Of a DNA stretch of 64,000 nt, positions 11,025 through 20,585 are shown piece after piece; within the stretch, counting starts at the first letter, position 1, and every line of letters starts with the position of its first letter. Where the stretch lies: contig CP136572.1 in the NCBI GenBank assembly GCA_035193785.1, forward strand, positions 1,684,578 through 1,748,577. The letters run 5' to 3'. The translations under genes and the position numbers were made by a program. The stretch is from Planktothrix sp. GU0601_MAG3. GTDB taxonomy: Bacteria > Cyanobacteriota > Cyanobacteriia > Cyanobacteriales > Microcoleaceae. The notes under the pieces were generated by a model. That model had not been told where the DNA came from, ran no database searches, and was given only the letters and a program-made list of their open reading frames with translations.

Positions 11025-11403
11025 ATGGCTACATCAAAACGTGATTCTGAGAATAAGGTGAACTCCGGGGGAAACCGTGTGGTTTATTCGGAATTTGGAG
11101 CGGGAACAAATTCAGCGGCTTTAGAGCGTTCTCAAGGTTCTGTTTCTGAGATCCCCCCGAATCAACATAACTTGAAAGTCCAAGCAACTCGTTCAGGACG
11201 CAAGGGAAAAACTGTAACGGTAATTAGCGGATTTCAAGTTAAACCGGAAACCTTGGAATTGTTAGTTAAACAGTTAAAATCCCAATGTGGAGCGGGGGGA
11301 AACGGTTAAGGAAAATACGATTGAAATTCAAGGAGATCATCGTCCGAAAGTGATGGAAACTTTGATAAAATTAGGATATAAAGCTAAAATTAGTGGGGGA
11401 TAA
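11025..11403 (+). CDS. Translation initiation factor SUI1/YciH family; apparent frameshift at GAAAC 11299
   Basis: RSGRKGKTVTVISG, LKSQCGAGG(T)VKENTIEIQGDHR after correction. Confidence 0.9.
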
Positions 11404-11418
11404 ATCAGTAAACGCTTG

Positions 11419-12033
11419 ATGTTTGAAATTCCAGTTCATGAAACTTTTCAATCGACGATTCAAGGAGAAGGATATTGGGTCGGAACTCCTGTAGACTTTA
11501 TTCGCTTGGCAGGTTGTCCGGTTCGTTGTCCCTGGTGTGATACGGGTTATGGGGATGGGGGAATGAATTTACCCCGTCAAGTTAGATCTTTTGATTCGTT
11601 AATTGCAGAATTGCGATCGCCAAAGGTGGTAATATCTGGGGGAGAACCCTTGATTTATGCCCAACTTACAGAGTTAATTCAAACTATTGAAGCGACGGGA
11701 AGAACCGTTTCTATTGAAACATCGGGTTCTTTTTGGCAAGATATTCCTAATTCTGTTTGGGTAACTTTAAGTCCAAAACATCATGTTAGTCCGAAATATC
11801 CTGTAATTCCGTTAATCTGGAAACGAGCAAACGAGATTAAACTGGTGATTGAAACCGGGTCTGAATTAGAATTTTATGCTGAATATTTGGAGCATAATGA
11901 TCAAATTCCCGTCTTTCTACAACCAGAATGGACTCAACGCGATCGCACTTTACCTTTAGTTTTAGAATTATTAAAAAAATTTCCCCACTATCGGTTATCA
12001 GTGCAAATTCATAAATGGTTACAAGTTCCTTAA
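11419..12033 (+). CDS. queE: 7-carboxy-7-deazaguanine synthase QueE (radical SAM)
   Basis: [40 protein letters not shown]. Confidence 0.9.
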   Translation: MFEIPVHETFQSTIQGEGYWVGTPVDFIRLAGCPVRCPWCDTGYGDGGMNLPRQVRSFDSLIAELRSPKVVISGGEPLIYAQLTELIQTIEATGRTVSIETSGSFWQDIPNSVWVTLSPKHHVSPKYPVIPLIWKRANEIKLVIETGSELEFYAEYLEHNDQIPVFLQPEWTQRDRTLPLVLELLKKFPHYRLSVQIHKWLQVP

Positions 12034-12184
12034 TTTAAAATTAGGTAATGGGTAATGATTAATAATAATTTATTTTTCGAGTGTTCTAATAAGAGCAATC
12101 ATATTTTAGCTATATCCAGACCTTTTTTCCAAATTATTAAGCCTTGAAAATTATTTCCTTCAGATCTAAAACAAACCTATTTCT

Positions 12185-12222
12185 TTACCCATTACCCATT
12201 ACCCATTACCCATTACCCATTC
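12185..12222. repeat. Heptamer tandem repeat (TTACCCA)n
   Basis: Seen directly. Confidence 0.85.
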
Positions 12223-12234
12223 CCTGTTATAACT

Positions 12235-12682
12235 ATGAAATCAGAATTTCGTTCCCACTATCCTCAAGAATGGCTAGAAAAAAAAACGATTCCCTATCGC
12301 AATGTTGTGGGAGTGAATGAACAAGTTTATCGAGAATCCTTAACCTTTAATTATACCATTAAAACCACTGTACACCGTCAACATTTTAATCCGCCGATTT
12401 GGAAAGATTGCCATTTTCATAATTTTGAAATTACCTTAGAATTGCAAGCCGTTAGACACCCAGAGGATTTGTATGGGTTGGATATGGTAGAAATGGAAAA
12501 TCAACTAGAAGTTTGGGCAAAACAGTTACCCGAAATTATTAATGATCATCCCCTATGTCCCCATGGAACTACGGAGGAAATGTGTCTATATTTTTCTCGA
12601 ATTCCCATTGATAATCATATCCAAATTATGCGGGTGAGTGTGTCAGAAACTCCCAACCGAGTTACCACTTTAGCTTCTTCCG
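12235..12682 (+). CDS. Divergent QueD/6-pyruvoyl-tetrahydropterin synthase-like protein, interrupted at its 3' end by the IS
   Basis: H...CHFHNFEI (HxH metal motif), GTTEEM (T-x-E), VSETP resemble the T-fold PTPS pattern; adjacent to queE; the ORF runs on into the IS left end to a stop at 12759. Confidence 0.6.
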
Positions 12683-12731
12683 CAAGAAGCCCCACGACTG
12701 ACCCGATAGGGCAGCGTGGGATGAATTGCGG

Positions 12732-12940
12732 TCAGGGATTATCGGAACAATCAGGTTGATTTTGATTCTCGATATATCGTCTAATTTACAATCCCACTTT
12801 TGAAGTAATTCTTCAAGGATTTCATGTAGCCGATTCAGCATTTCAAGAGTAAAAACCCTCCGTCTGTATTTGGTCGTCAAAACCAAGTGAACCTTGAGAT
12901 CGCTAACAGATCTACTTTTACTGACAAAATCATTTTTCAT
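12732..12940 (-). pseudogene. tnpA: Y1 transposase TnpA with internal deletion
   Basis: N-terminal SVSDLKVHLVLTTKYRR present, HUH region missing, catalytic RYIENQ tail out of frame. Confidence 0.85.
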
Positions 12941-13018
12941 GATTCCCCACATTTTAAAACTTGTGCTATAGTCAGTGTATAGCAAAATCAGAACACCCGA
13001 CCGAGGAGGTGATTTAAA

Positions 13019-14093
13019 GTGCTGAAGGCAACAAAGGTTAGGCTCTATCCAACAGCCGAACAGGAATTGGCGTTAGCCAAGTCATTCGGTTGTGTAAGAT
13101 GGTATTGGAATTTTGCCTTAAACGCCTGTATTCAGCACTATCAAGAAACAGGTAAGAGCCTAAAGTTAGCATCTTATAAGGGAATGCTCCCTCAACTCAA
13201 AAAAGAATATCCTTGGCTCAAAGAAGATTGCTACTCATCGGTTTCTCCAATGTGTAGCTATAAACTTAGATAGAGCTTACAAAAACTTTTTTGAGGGACG
13301 AGCTAAATTTCCTAATTTCAAATCTAAACATCACAAGCAATCAATTCAGTATCCTCAAAGTGTTACTGTTAACGGTGAATATCTAAAAGTCCCTAAGATT
13401 GGTGAAATTAAAGCGATATTTCACAGAGAAATTACGGGGAAAATTAAAACAGTAACAATCTCCAAGACTTCGACTGATAAATACTTTGCTTCCCTCTTAT
13501 GTGAGGTAGAAGGAACTGACATTAAACAGTCGGGAGACAACATTATTGGGATTGATTTAGGGTTGAAAGATTTCGCAATTACTCACAATGGAGAGAAGGC
13601 AACTAAATATGCCAACCCTAAACATTTATATCGTCATCAGAAAAATTTAGCCCAAAAACAGAAAAAACTCTCTCGAAAAACTAAAGGTAGTAAATCGAGA
13701 GAGAAATTTAGAAAAACTGTAGCTAAGGTTCATGAGAAAATCACCAATTCCCGCCAAGATTTCTTGCATAAATTATCAAGAAAATTGGTAAACGAAAGCC
13801 AAGTCATTGTCGTTGAAAACCTCAATGTCAAGGGAATGGTTAAAAACCGGAAGCTATCAAAAGCAATATCTGATGTGAGTTGGGGAAAATTTGTCAATTT
13901 TATTGATTACAAGTTAAAACAAAAAAGTGGTGAACTTGTAGAAATTGATCGCTTCTTCCCTAGTTCCAAAACCTGCTCCTGTTGTGGTCATATCCTAGAT
14001 GAATTATCTCTGGATATCAGAGAATGGGACTGTCCAAATTGCCATACTCACCATGACCGAGATATTAACGCTGCGCTTAACATCTCCGAATGA
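13019..14093 (+). CDS. tnpB: RNA-guided endonuclease TnpB; apparent frameshift at GTTTC 13241
   Basis: KVRLYPT..FGCVRWYWN, GIDLG, VVENLNV, PSSKTCSCC..CPNC, DRDINAALN; correction gives SSVLQC. Confidence 0.92.
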
Positions 14094-14243
14094 AGGAATC
14101 AGGATATTAACTGAAGGCGGAGGGAAACCCCGTCTTTGCCGATGGAGGCTGTGTAAGTCTACCTGCTTGTAAAAGTAAGGGGCATCGGTCTGTGAATTCG
14201 CTGATCCTGCACCGACCCGATTAGGGCGGTGTAGGTAGTTCAC

Positions 14244-14500
14244 ACACGGGAGAATATCGCTATAGCGTGAATACCCAAGGTCAATATGCGGAAACCGTGT
14301 TGATGACGGCGGCGGCTAGACAAGACGGACTCCCCAGTTATGCGGGCGTCGTGACCGTCAGCCACACAGCAGGCGGTGTGATGGCTATAGCTAATATTTG
14401 CAAAACTGATCAACCCTCCACCGAACCCCCGGCTTTATCCTCAACTCCCGTACCCGGAGAAGGGTTAAAATGTCCTGCGGGTTCGAGTCCGGTAAGGTAG
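14244..14500 (+). pseudogene. C-terminal fragment resembling a type IV pilin-like G/H family protein, cut off by the IS
   Basis: TGEYRYSV...AAARQDGLPSYAGVV...NICKTDQPS...CPAGS pattern with the C-terminal Cys pair; no own start codon/RBS or N-terminal prepilin helix. Confidence 0.6.
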
Positions 14501-14563
14501 GAGTTCTCTGTTTTGAGAGCGGGTTTTTGTGAGGTAGATTTTAGCGATCGCTTTCTACCACTC

Positions 14564-15850
14564 TCAATTCGCCATTTCATTAATTTCCATGCACCCCAAG
14601 AAACAGAATGTACTGACAGCCAGGACGATAATAAAAGGGTGAATGGAAAGGGGTTTAATCCAGTTATCGCGTGTGGGAAGACTCCAGGGTGTCATCATAA
14701 AACCCGATGTGGAAGCAATTATCGCCCCGGCTGCAATTCCCACACCAATAGATTGAATATGGTCTTGCAAATCTTGGTTGCTTTTCGCCTGTTCAATTTC
14801 TGTCCTCGCCCTAATTGTATTAATCAAATCACTAAATAAATCTTTTCCTGGTTCTAAATACTCCAAATAAGTCTCGATTTGGCGCAGATAAAGAGGATAG
14901 GTTTTTTCAGCTAAACGTGACCACACCTCCAGCTTATTTCCCGCCTCTAGTAAAGAATTCAAACAGGTTTTAAAGTTATCAGAATTAGTTTTAATTGTGG
15001 TATAATGAGTTTTTAAATCCCGCAAACAACAATTATAATATAATAAATCTTGGGGAATTTCCTGAACCATTGTATCTAGTGTATCTAGGCGATTTAGCCT
15101 TTGTTCTGGAGTTTCGTTAGAAATTGTATAGAATTTTGGCACGTTCTTCTCTAATTTACTATAGAGTTCCCTCGCTTTTTGATAAGACTCTTTTGCCTTC
15201 TGGTAGGTCGCCACAATCTTTTTTTGACACCAAAATAAATCCCTCAACCAGTCATAGTTATCATTAGCTTTTTTTAAATCTAACTGTTTGGGTTTTGCTA
15301 AAGAAATAATAATCGTTAAATCCCCGGCTTCAAACAGAAAACAGGGACAATCAAACAATTCCAACTGATCAATAAATTGTGGATTAAATGACTTATCCTT
15401 AGATAAAGCATTTGCCCATTTTTCCGCATCTTCAAGTTTTGGTGTTATCCAAGAATCTTGTTCCCCATGTATAGTTAAAACCTTGCCTAAATCTGCTGTA
15501 ATTTTATTCAGGAAAACCTGGGGTTGAAAAGCTGAAAGTTGTGCAACTTCAACTTCTACATTTTCCCCTTCCGGCTTGAGGGTAATATCCACACAATAGG
15601 TATCATTCAGGAGAAACCCTTGCAAATTTCCCTCCAACTTAAACCCGAAATCAGTCGGAATTGCTGTTAACTCAACTTCCCCTTCGGGTTGAGACTTGAT
15701 ATTTTTGAGTTCAGGAAAGGGGAGAAATTCACCCACTTGAGTTAAACTTTTCCAGAGACTATCTGCCTGTGGATTAGGGACATCGGGGGGATCATCAAGG
15801 CGTTGTTGCAGGTGGAAAGCGAAGCAGCTAAAGGTGATATTTTTCATCAA
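14564..15850 (-). CDS. Uncharacterised protein with a long helical region and two C-terminal hydrophobic segments; coupled to the CHAT gene; 3' end probably frameshifted at 14600
   Basis: ATGA overlap with the CHAT stop; SIGVGIAAGAIIAST and FIIVLAVSTFC hydrophobic segments. Confidence 0.75.
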   Translation of the reverse strand: MMKNITFSCFAFHLQQRLDDPPDVPNPQADSLWKSLTQVGEFLPFPELKNIKSQPEGEVELTAIPTDFGFKLEGNLQGFLLNDTYCVDITLKPEGENVEVEVAQLSAFQPQVFLNKITADLGKVLTIHGEQDSWITPKLEDAEKWANALSKDKSFNPQFIDQLELFDCPCFLFEAGDLTIIISLAKPKQLDLKKANDNYDWLRDLFWCQKKIVATYQKAKESYQKARELYSKLEKNVPKFYTISNETPEQRLNRLDTLDTMVQEIPQDLLYYNCCLRDLKTHYTTIKTNSDNFKTCLNSLLEAGNKLEVWSRLAEKTYPLYLRQIETYLEYLEPGKDLFSDLINTIRARTEIEQAKSNQDLQDHIQSIGVGIAAGAIIASTSGFMMTPWSLPTRDNWIKPLSIHPFIIVLAVSTFCFLGCMEINEMAN

Positions 15851-18800
15851 GACTGTGGGGGGTTTTCTTCTGGATTTTTAGGGAATTTTGTATTATCTTT
15901 TGTGGTGTTTTCAATCAGTTTGTCTTCAATCTGTTCTTTTAGGGTTTTAGGATTATGTTTACTGCCACCGAATCCTTTTTCTCCGGTGACTCCCAGGAGG
16001 GGATTAATAGAGGTGATAGATTTTAATTGTTCCCGATAAGCTGTTAAGATTGATTTACGCTGATCTGTATTTAACCATTGCTCTATTGCTTCTGCATTTT
16101 TTTCATCATCATCACCCAGTTGGGGTTTTAATTCCTCTAAATCTGGCAAATAGTCAGCTAAAAGATCATTGCTCAATAAATGAGTAAAGGCTTGAATTTT
16201 ATCGCTATCGCTTGCCATTTTTTGTTCTCCTTGTCCAACTACACAGAATGCCGCCCAGTGATAGGGAGACTGATAGGGGCGGTGATTTACCCCCTTTTCA
16301 TTTTGCCCTAGTTTTTGGAAAAATTCGGCTAAATGTTCTTGCCAATCTCCTCCTTCTAATAGCTGGCATTTTTCCACCCAGTCTTGAAACCCCTTAACGG
16401 TGGTATCACGGAGCCAGATTTGAGCGGTTTTGAGGGCGAGGGCGAGTTGTCCGGGGTGGTTTTGGAGGGTTTCGTAGGTTTTAATCAGCAGCAGGGCGGT
16501 GGAAACTTCGTTAACCGACCAGAGACTAACCAGGACGCTAGGACTACCCGCCAGGATGAAGCCACTGGAGAGGCTGATATATTCGTCGGTGGTATCAATG
16601 GCCACTTGTCCGGTTTCGCAGGCGGAGAGGGTAACGAGGCTGCACTGACTCAGGTTGAGGGAGGCGATAATTTCCCCTAGGGTGAGGATACCGTCGGCGA
16701 GTTCCAAGCCAGAATCTAGGGGAGATTCGCGGTTAAAGCCTGCGTGACAGGAGAAGAAAAGATGATGAGTTTGGCTGAGGTCTTTGGCGAGGAAGTTGGC
16801 TTTTTTGGCGTTGCTTTTTTGGAGACTGCTGCGGTAGGGGAAAAGACGGCGAATGGTTTCTACTTCCAAATCAGCATAAAGTAGGTTGTTGGCAGGGTTT
16901 TGAACGGCAAACAAGCGTTTAAAATTCGGACGGTAGCGGGTTTGGGCTTGTTGCAGGAGTTGGCAGTTGGGGGCATAGGTAACACCTTGTTCAAATAATT
17001 CCTGTAGGGATTTTACCTCACTTTTTCCTGTGGGAATGGGTAGAGCATGGAGGGGTAACAGGTGCAGGTAAAGGTGAGGGATGAGAATGAGTTTTTTACA
17101 GTTGGGGAATTCTTTCAAGAGGTTTTGCAGAATTTCTGGCAGATGGAGGATTTCGGCAAGGGTTTCTAGCCGTTGAGCCAGGGGATTTTGCCAAATATCT
17201 TGGGCTTGGGCTTGGGCTCGGATCAGCAGTTCTTGAGCTTTTTGCTGTTCCTGTTCGGTTTTGGCTGCTTTTAATGCTTCGATGGCAACTTGTAAAGGTT
17301 CTTTAGCTTGGTAGTAGGCATTTCGGTATTGATTTGTCCAGTCAATGAGTTGATCTAGGTCTTCCTGTGAAGATGTCCAAAGATTCAGGGTTTGGGCGGT
17401 GAGGGTAAAGGTCAGAAACTTATCGGGTAGGATGTACCATTCCAGGATGGCGGTTTCTTCATCCAGTAATTTTTGGATTTGCTTAAAGTGCAAGGGTTTA
17501 TAGGGTTCGAGTTGCTGACGTTCTTCCCGCATTTGGTTGATACGGGTGTAGTCGGGGTTGGGGTCTTGTTTGAGGCGACGGTCTTCTTCAGCAATGGCAT
17601 TGCGGAGGTGTTGCAAGCGTTGGTTAATTTCTGGGGGAATGACGCCTTTAGGGTATACGTCACGGGTGGCGATGAGTTCCACAAGGTTCCGGGCTTTGCT
17701 GCGGTCTACATATTCAATCGCATCCTGGTATCGACCCAACTCTAGGCAGACTTCCACCATGCCGAGATAAACCTTGTTCCATTCTTCATTAAAGTTGCGT
17801 TTATAGCCCTCACTATCGGCCCCAATTTCCCCCCGCAGATATTCCACCCGTTCCAGGGCTTCTTGAAAGCTACGGTAGGCATTTTCTAGGGCTTGTTGTG
17901 TCTGGGTGGAACTGTTCCCCGCTAGGCGAGATTGAGCTTGGTAGGCAAAACCAAAGTTATTCAGGGTTGTTGCTAAATCGCGGGCTAACCCCAACCGCCG
18001 CATAATCCCTGCGGCTTGATCGTAGGAGGCGATCGCACTATCGAGATTGGCGGCCGGGTTGATGCCCATCTGGGCTTGGGTGAGGCGGGCAACTCCGAGG
18101 TTATTCAGGGTAGAGGAGAGGTCTTTTTCTAACTTCAACCGCCGCCTAATTTCTGCGGCTTCATCGTAGGCGGCGATCGCACTATCGAGATTGGTGGCCG
18201 GGTTGATGCCCATATTAGCTTGGTTTTTGCGGGCAGAACCGAGGTTAGTCAGGGTAGTGGAGAGGTCTTTGTCTAACTTCAACCGCCGCCTAATTTCTGC
18301 GGCTTCATCGTAGGCGGCGATCGCACTTTCGAGATTGGCTGCCGGGTTGATGCCCATCTCAGCTTGGGTGTTGCGGGCATTTCCAAGGTTAGTCAGGGTT
18401 CCGGAGAGGTCTTCGTCTAACTTCAACCCCCGCCTAATCCCGGCGGCTTCATCGTAGGCGGCGATCGCACTATCGAGATTGGCGGCCGGGTTGATGCCCA
18501 TCTCGGCTTGGGTGAGGCGGGCATTTCCGAGGTTATTCAGGGTTCCGGAGAGGTCTTTGTCTAACTCCAACCCCCGCATAATCCCTGCGGCTTCATCGTA
18601 GGAGGCGATCGCACTATCGAGATTGGCTGCCGGGTTGATGCCCATCTCGGCTTGGGTGTAGCGGGCATTTCCGAGGTTAGTCAGGGTTTGCGCCCGTCCT
18701 TCAGGGGTATAGACTCCCAGTTTCCAGCACCACCCCATAGCCGCGAATGGCAATTTCTAAGGCTTCTGCATACCGACCATCGGGGAATTGTTGAATACTG

Positions 18801-19252
18801 ATGCAGGTATCTTGTACTAAGCCTGCCGCTCTTTCGGGTTGGTCGGGATACTGAGCTAGAAGTCCTGGTATTGACTGGACAATGGTATCCCCCAGGTTGG
18901 GAACAATCAACCCCATATTTTGCCGCATCACCTGATGGACTGCTGCTGTGTCGCCTTCGTTTTCTGCTTCCAGCAGTTGCAGCCAAAATTGTTGTAATAC
19001 TTCTTGCTGATTTCCGCCAGTTCCCTGCTGCGCCAAAAACGCCCCCACCCGTTGCGCCAGATTTCGCAGAAAACCCGCGTTATTCTCTTGTCCGTGACTC
19101 TGCAATTGTTCTGCCACCTGTTCGCACACCTGCACAAATGCCCCATCAAGCAATTCCTGGTGTTGGTTGAGGATTTGGTTTTCTTCCCCACTGGGACAGT
19201 CGAGGAGTTTTTGAATTAGGGACAGATAGGCGAGTAGGCGTTCTTCGTTCAT
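15847..19252 (-). CDS. TPR-repeat CHAT (caspase-like) protease, about 1134 aa after correcting the frameshift at GTTTC 18720
   Basis: Five 48-aa TPR-like repeats; SKARNLVEL; LILIPH..LHLLPLHAL; catalytic FSCHAG and LSACETG; VLVSLWSV; PYHWAAF; about 120-aa C-terminal extension. Confidence 0.92.
17965..18690. repeat. Five near-identical 144-bp intragenic tandem repeats (TPR array)
   Basis: GCGATCGC anchors at 18029, 18173, 18317, 18461, 18605, an exact 144-bp period. Confidence 0.95.
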
Positions 19253-19302
19253 GGCACTGGACAGGGTGGGAATATTGTTACTATTTTATACCATTCATTT
19301 TA

Positions 19303-19475
19303 GACAGGACTTACGCAGTTACGCTATATGTAGGGTACTAATGAGTTAGCGATCAAACGAGATCACTTTAACAGGACAACCTCTTAAAGTCCCCCAACAT
19401 TGGGGGATTTAGGGGGCAAATACACTATACATTTCAAGCCATCTAGCCCCCTAGCCCCCAACATTGGGGGGAAAA
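19303..19475. repeat. Cluster of small dispersed repeats/MITE remnants
   Basis: aggacttacgca end-like motif and two cccccaacattggggg palindromes; a related ccccttaaaaagggg hairpin lies at about 34513-34545. Confidence 0.55.
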
Positions 19476-19759
19476 TAAATAATTAGGACTTTTTAGGGCG
19501 ATTGCTATTATCATTGGTATGCGATCGCCTACTTGTGACACTTCACCTATCCTTTACTTACTCTTAATTAACCAAATTGAGCTACTCCCGCGCCTCTATC
19601 AAACTATCATTATTCCTGATATAGATAAACTATTCAATTCCTATTCTCCCCTTTAATGGAACCGTAGCGATCGCATATCAACAACTCCGAAAATCTTACC
19701 GTCGTTTAGGGACTAGAGATCTGAAAATTGTTGCTATTTTATCCTATTCTCAGAAATCT

Positions 19760-20095
19760 TTAAATCACACCCAAACCCGTATATTTTCGTAACTCAGGGG
19801 GCTGGAGTCCTAAAACAATATCCTCTTTTAATACACCCCTAACCAACAATTCATCTGTTAAGGAACAGTCAGTTTGATTGCGCTGAATCCAAATTTTTTG
19901 CCCTCGAATTTCTAAATGAATCAAACAAGTATAGATTCTCCGTTGCCCATTCCAACCTAAATCAACTAACAAATATCGGTCTGTTTGCTGATCAAAAATG
20001 GGCTGCGATTCAATTTCCCCACCCAAGGGATTCCCGGCTGCATATTCTGATAATAATTCCCGAATAATTTGGCGATATTTAGCTAATTTATCCAT
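19760..20095 (-). CDS. xisI: XisI protein
   Basis: MDKLAKYRQII, DRYLLVDLGW, HLEIRGQKIWIQ, GVLKEDIVLG. Confidence 0.92.
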   Translation of the reverse strand: MDKLAKYRQIIRELLSEYAAGNPLGGEIESQPIFDQQTDRYLLVDLGWNGQRRIYTCLIHLEIRGQKIWIQRNQTDCSLTDELLVRGVLKEDIVLGLQPPELRKYTGLGVI

Positions 20096-20499
20096 TCTAA
20101 AATAACCTCCGATTGGGGTTCATAAACAATTAGTTTGACTTGATATTTTTGAATTGCTAACCTGGGCAAATCTCGATAGAAAAAGGATTCATAAGCTGTT
20201 AAAGGAATCGCCAAATAAAGAACTCGATCAGGTTCAATTTCTTCCAATGCTAAACGATAATTCAAAAATTGACCCAAGGCTAAATGAAAATCCAACATTG
20301 CCGAATCACTCAAAAAGCTTTTGATTTCTACTGCAATTTTTTCTCCAGTCCGTTGCGCTCCTAGCATTTCTTGCGCCCCTAGATCAATTTCTAAACGGTC
20401 ATCTGCTCCAAATTCTAAACGCAATGGATCATGAGTAATTTTCCAATCCTGTTTTTCCAATCCTCGTCTAACAGCATAGTGGAATTTATCTCGCGCCAT
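20083..20499 (-). CDS. xisH: XisH protein
   Basis: MARDKFH, WKITHDP, IDLGA, IAVEIKSF, ALGQFLNYR, LYLAIP. Confidence 0.93.
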   Translation of the reverse strand: MARDKFHYAVRRGLEKQDWKITHDPLRLEFGADDRLEIDLGAQEMLGAQRTGEKIAVEIKSFLSDSAMLDFHLALGQFLNYRLALEEIEPDRVLYLAIPLTAYESFFYRDLPRLAIQKYQVKLIVYEPQSEVILEWIN

Positions 20500-20548
20500 A
20501 CATATTCAATTAATTTTAAATCAGAATTAGGGAAAGTAGAGAGAAAGA

Positions 20549-20578
20549 GTAGAGAGACGCGCCGTGGCACGTCTCTAC
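20549..20578. repeat. GTAG-type REP-like palindrome (related copies at 36280-36305 and 40658-40685)
   Basis: gtagagagacgcgccgtggcacgtctctac. Confidence 0.75.
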
Positions 20579-20585
20579 GGGGGGG

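Larger units (their letters stand above)
12683..14243 (+). mobile_element. IS200/IS605-family element (divergent tnpA/tnpB), non-autonomous
   Basis: Left-end hairpin ccccacgactgacccgatagggcagcgtggg; right-end hairpin cctgcaccgacccgattagggcggtgtagg ending TTCAC; the same right end recurs at 40050. Confidence 0.9.

Noticed and set aside
12683..14243. IStron (group I intron-IS hybrid) explaining the in-frame flanks
   Set aside because: No room or motifs for an intron core: the left-end hairpin is followed almost immediately by the tnpA tail
14470..14500. tRNA-like T-loop GGGTTCGAGTCC
   Set aside because: No acceptor stem, D arm or anticodon arm; lies within the pilin-like reading frame
17965..18690. 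Diversity-generating retroelement TR/VR pair
   Set aside because: Repeats are tandem and in frame, differences are not adenine-specific, and there is no reverse transcriptase in the window
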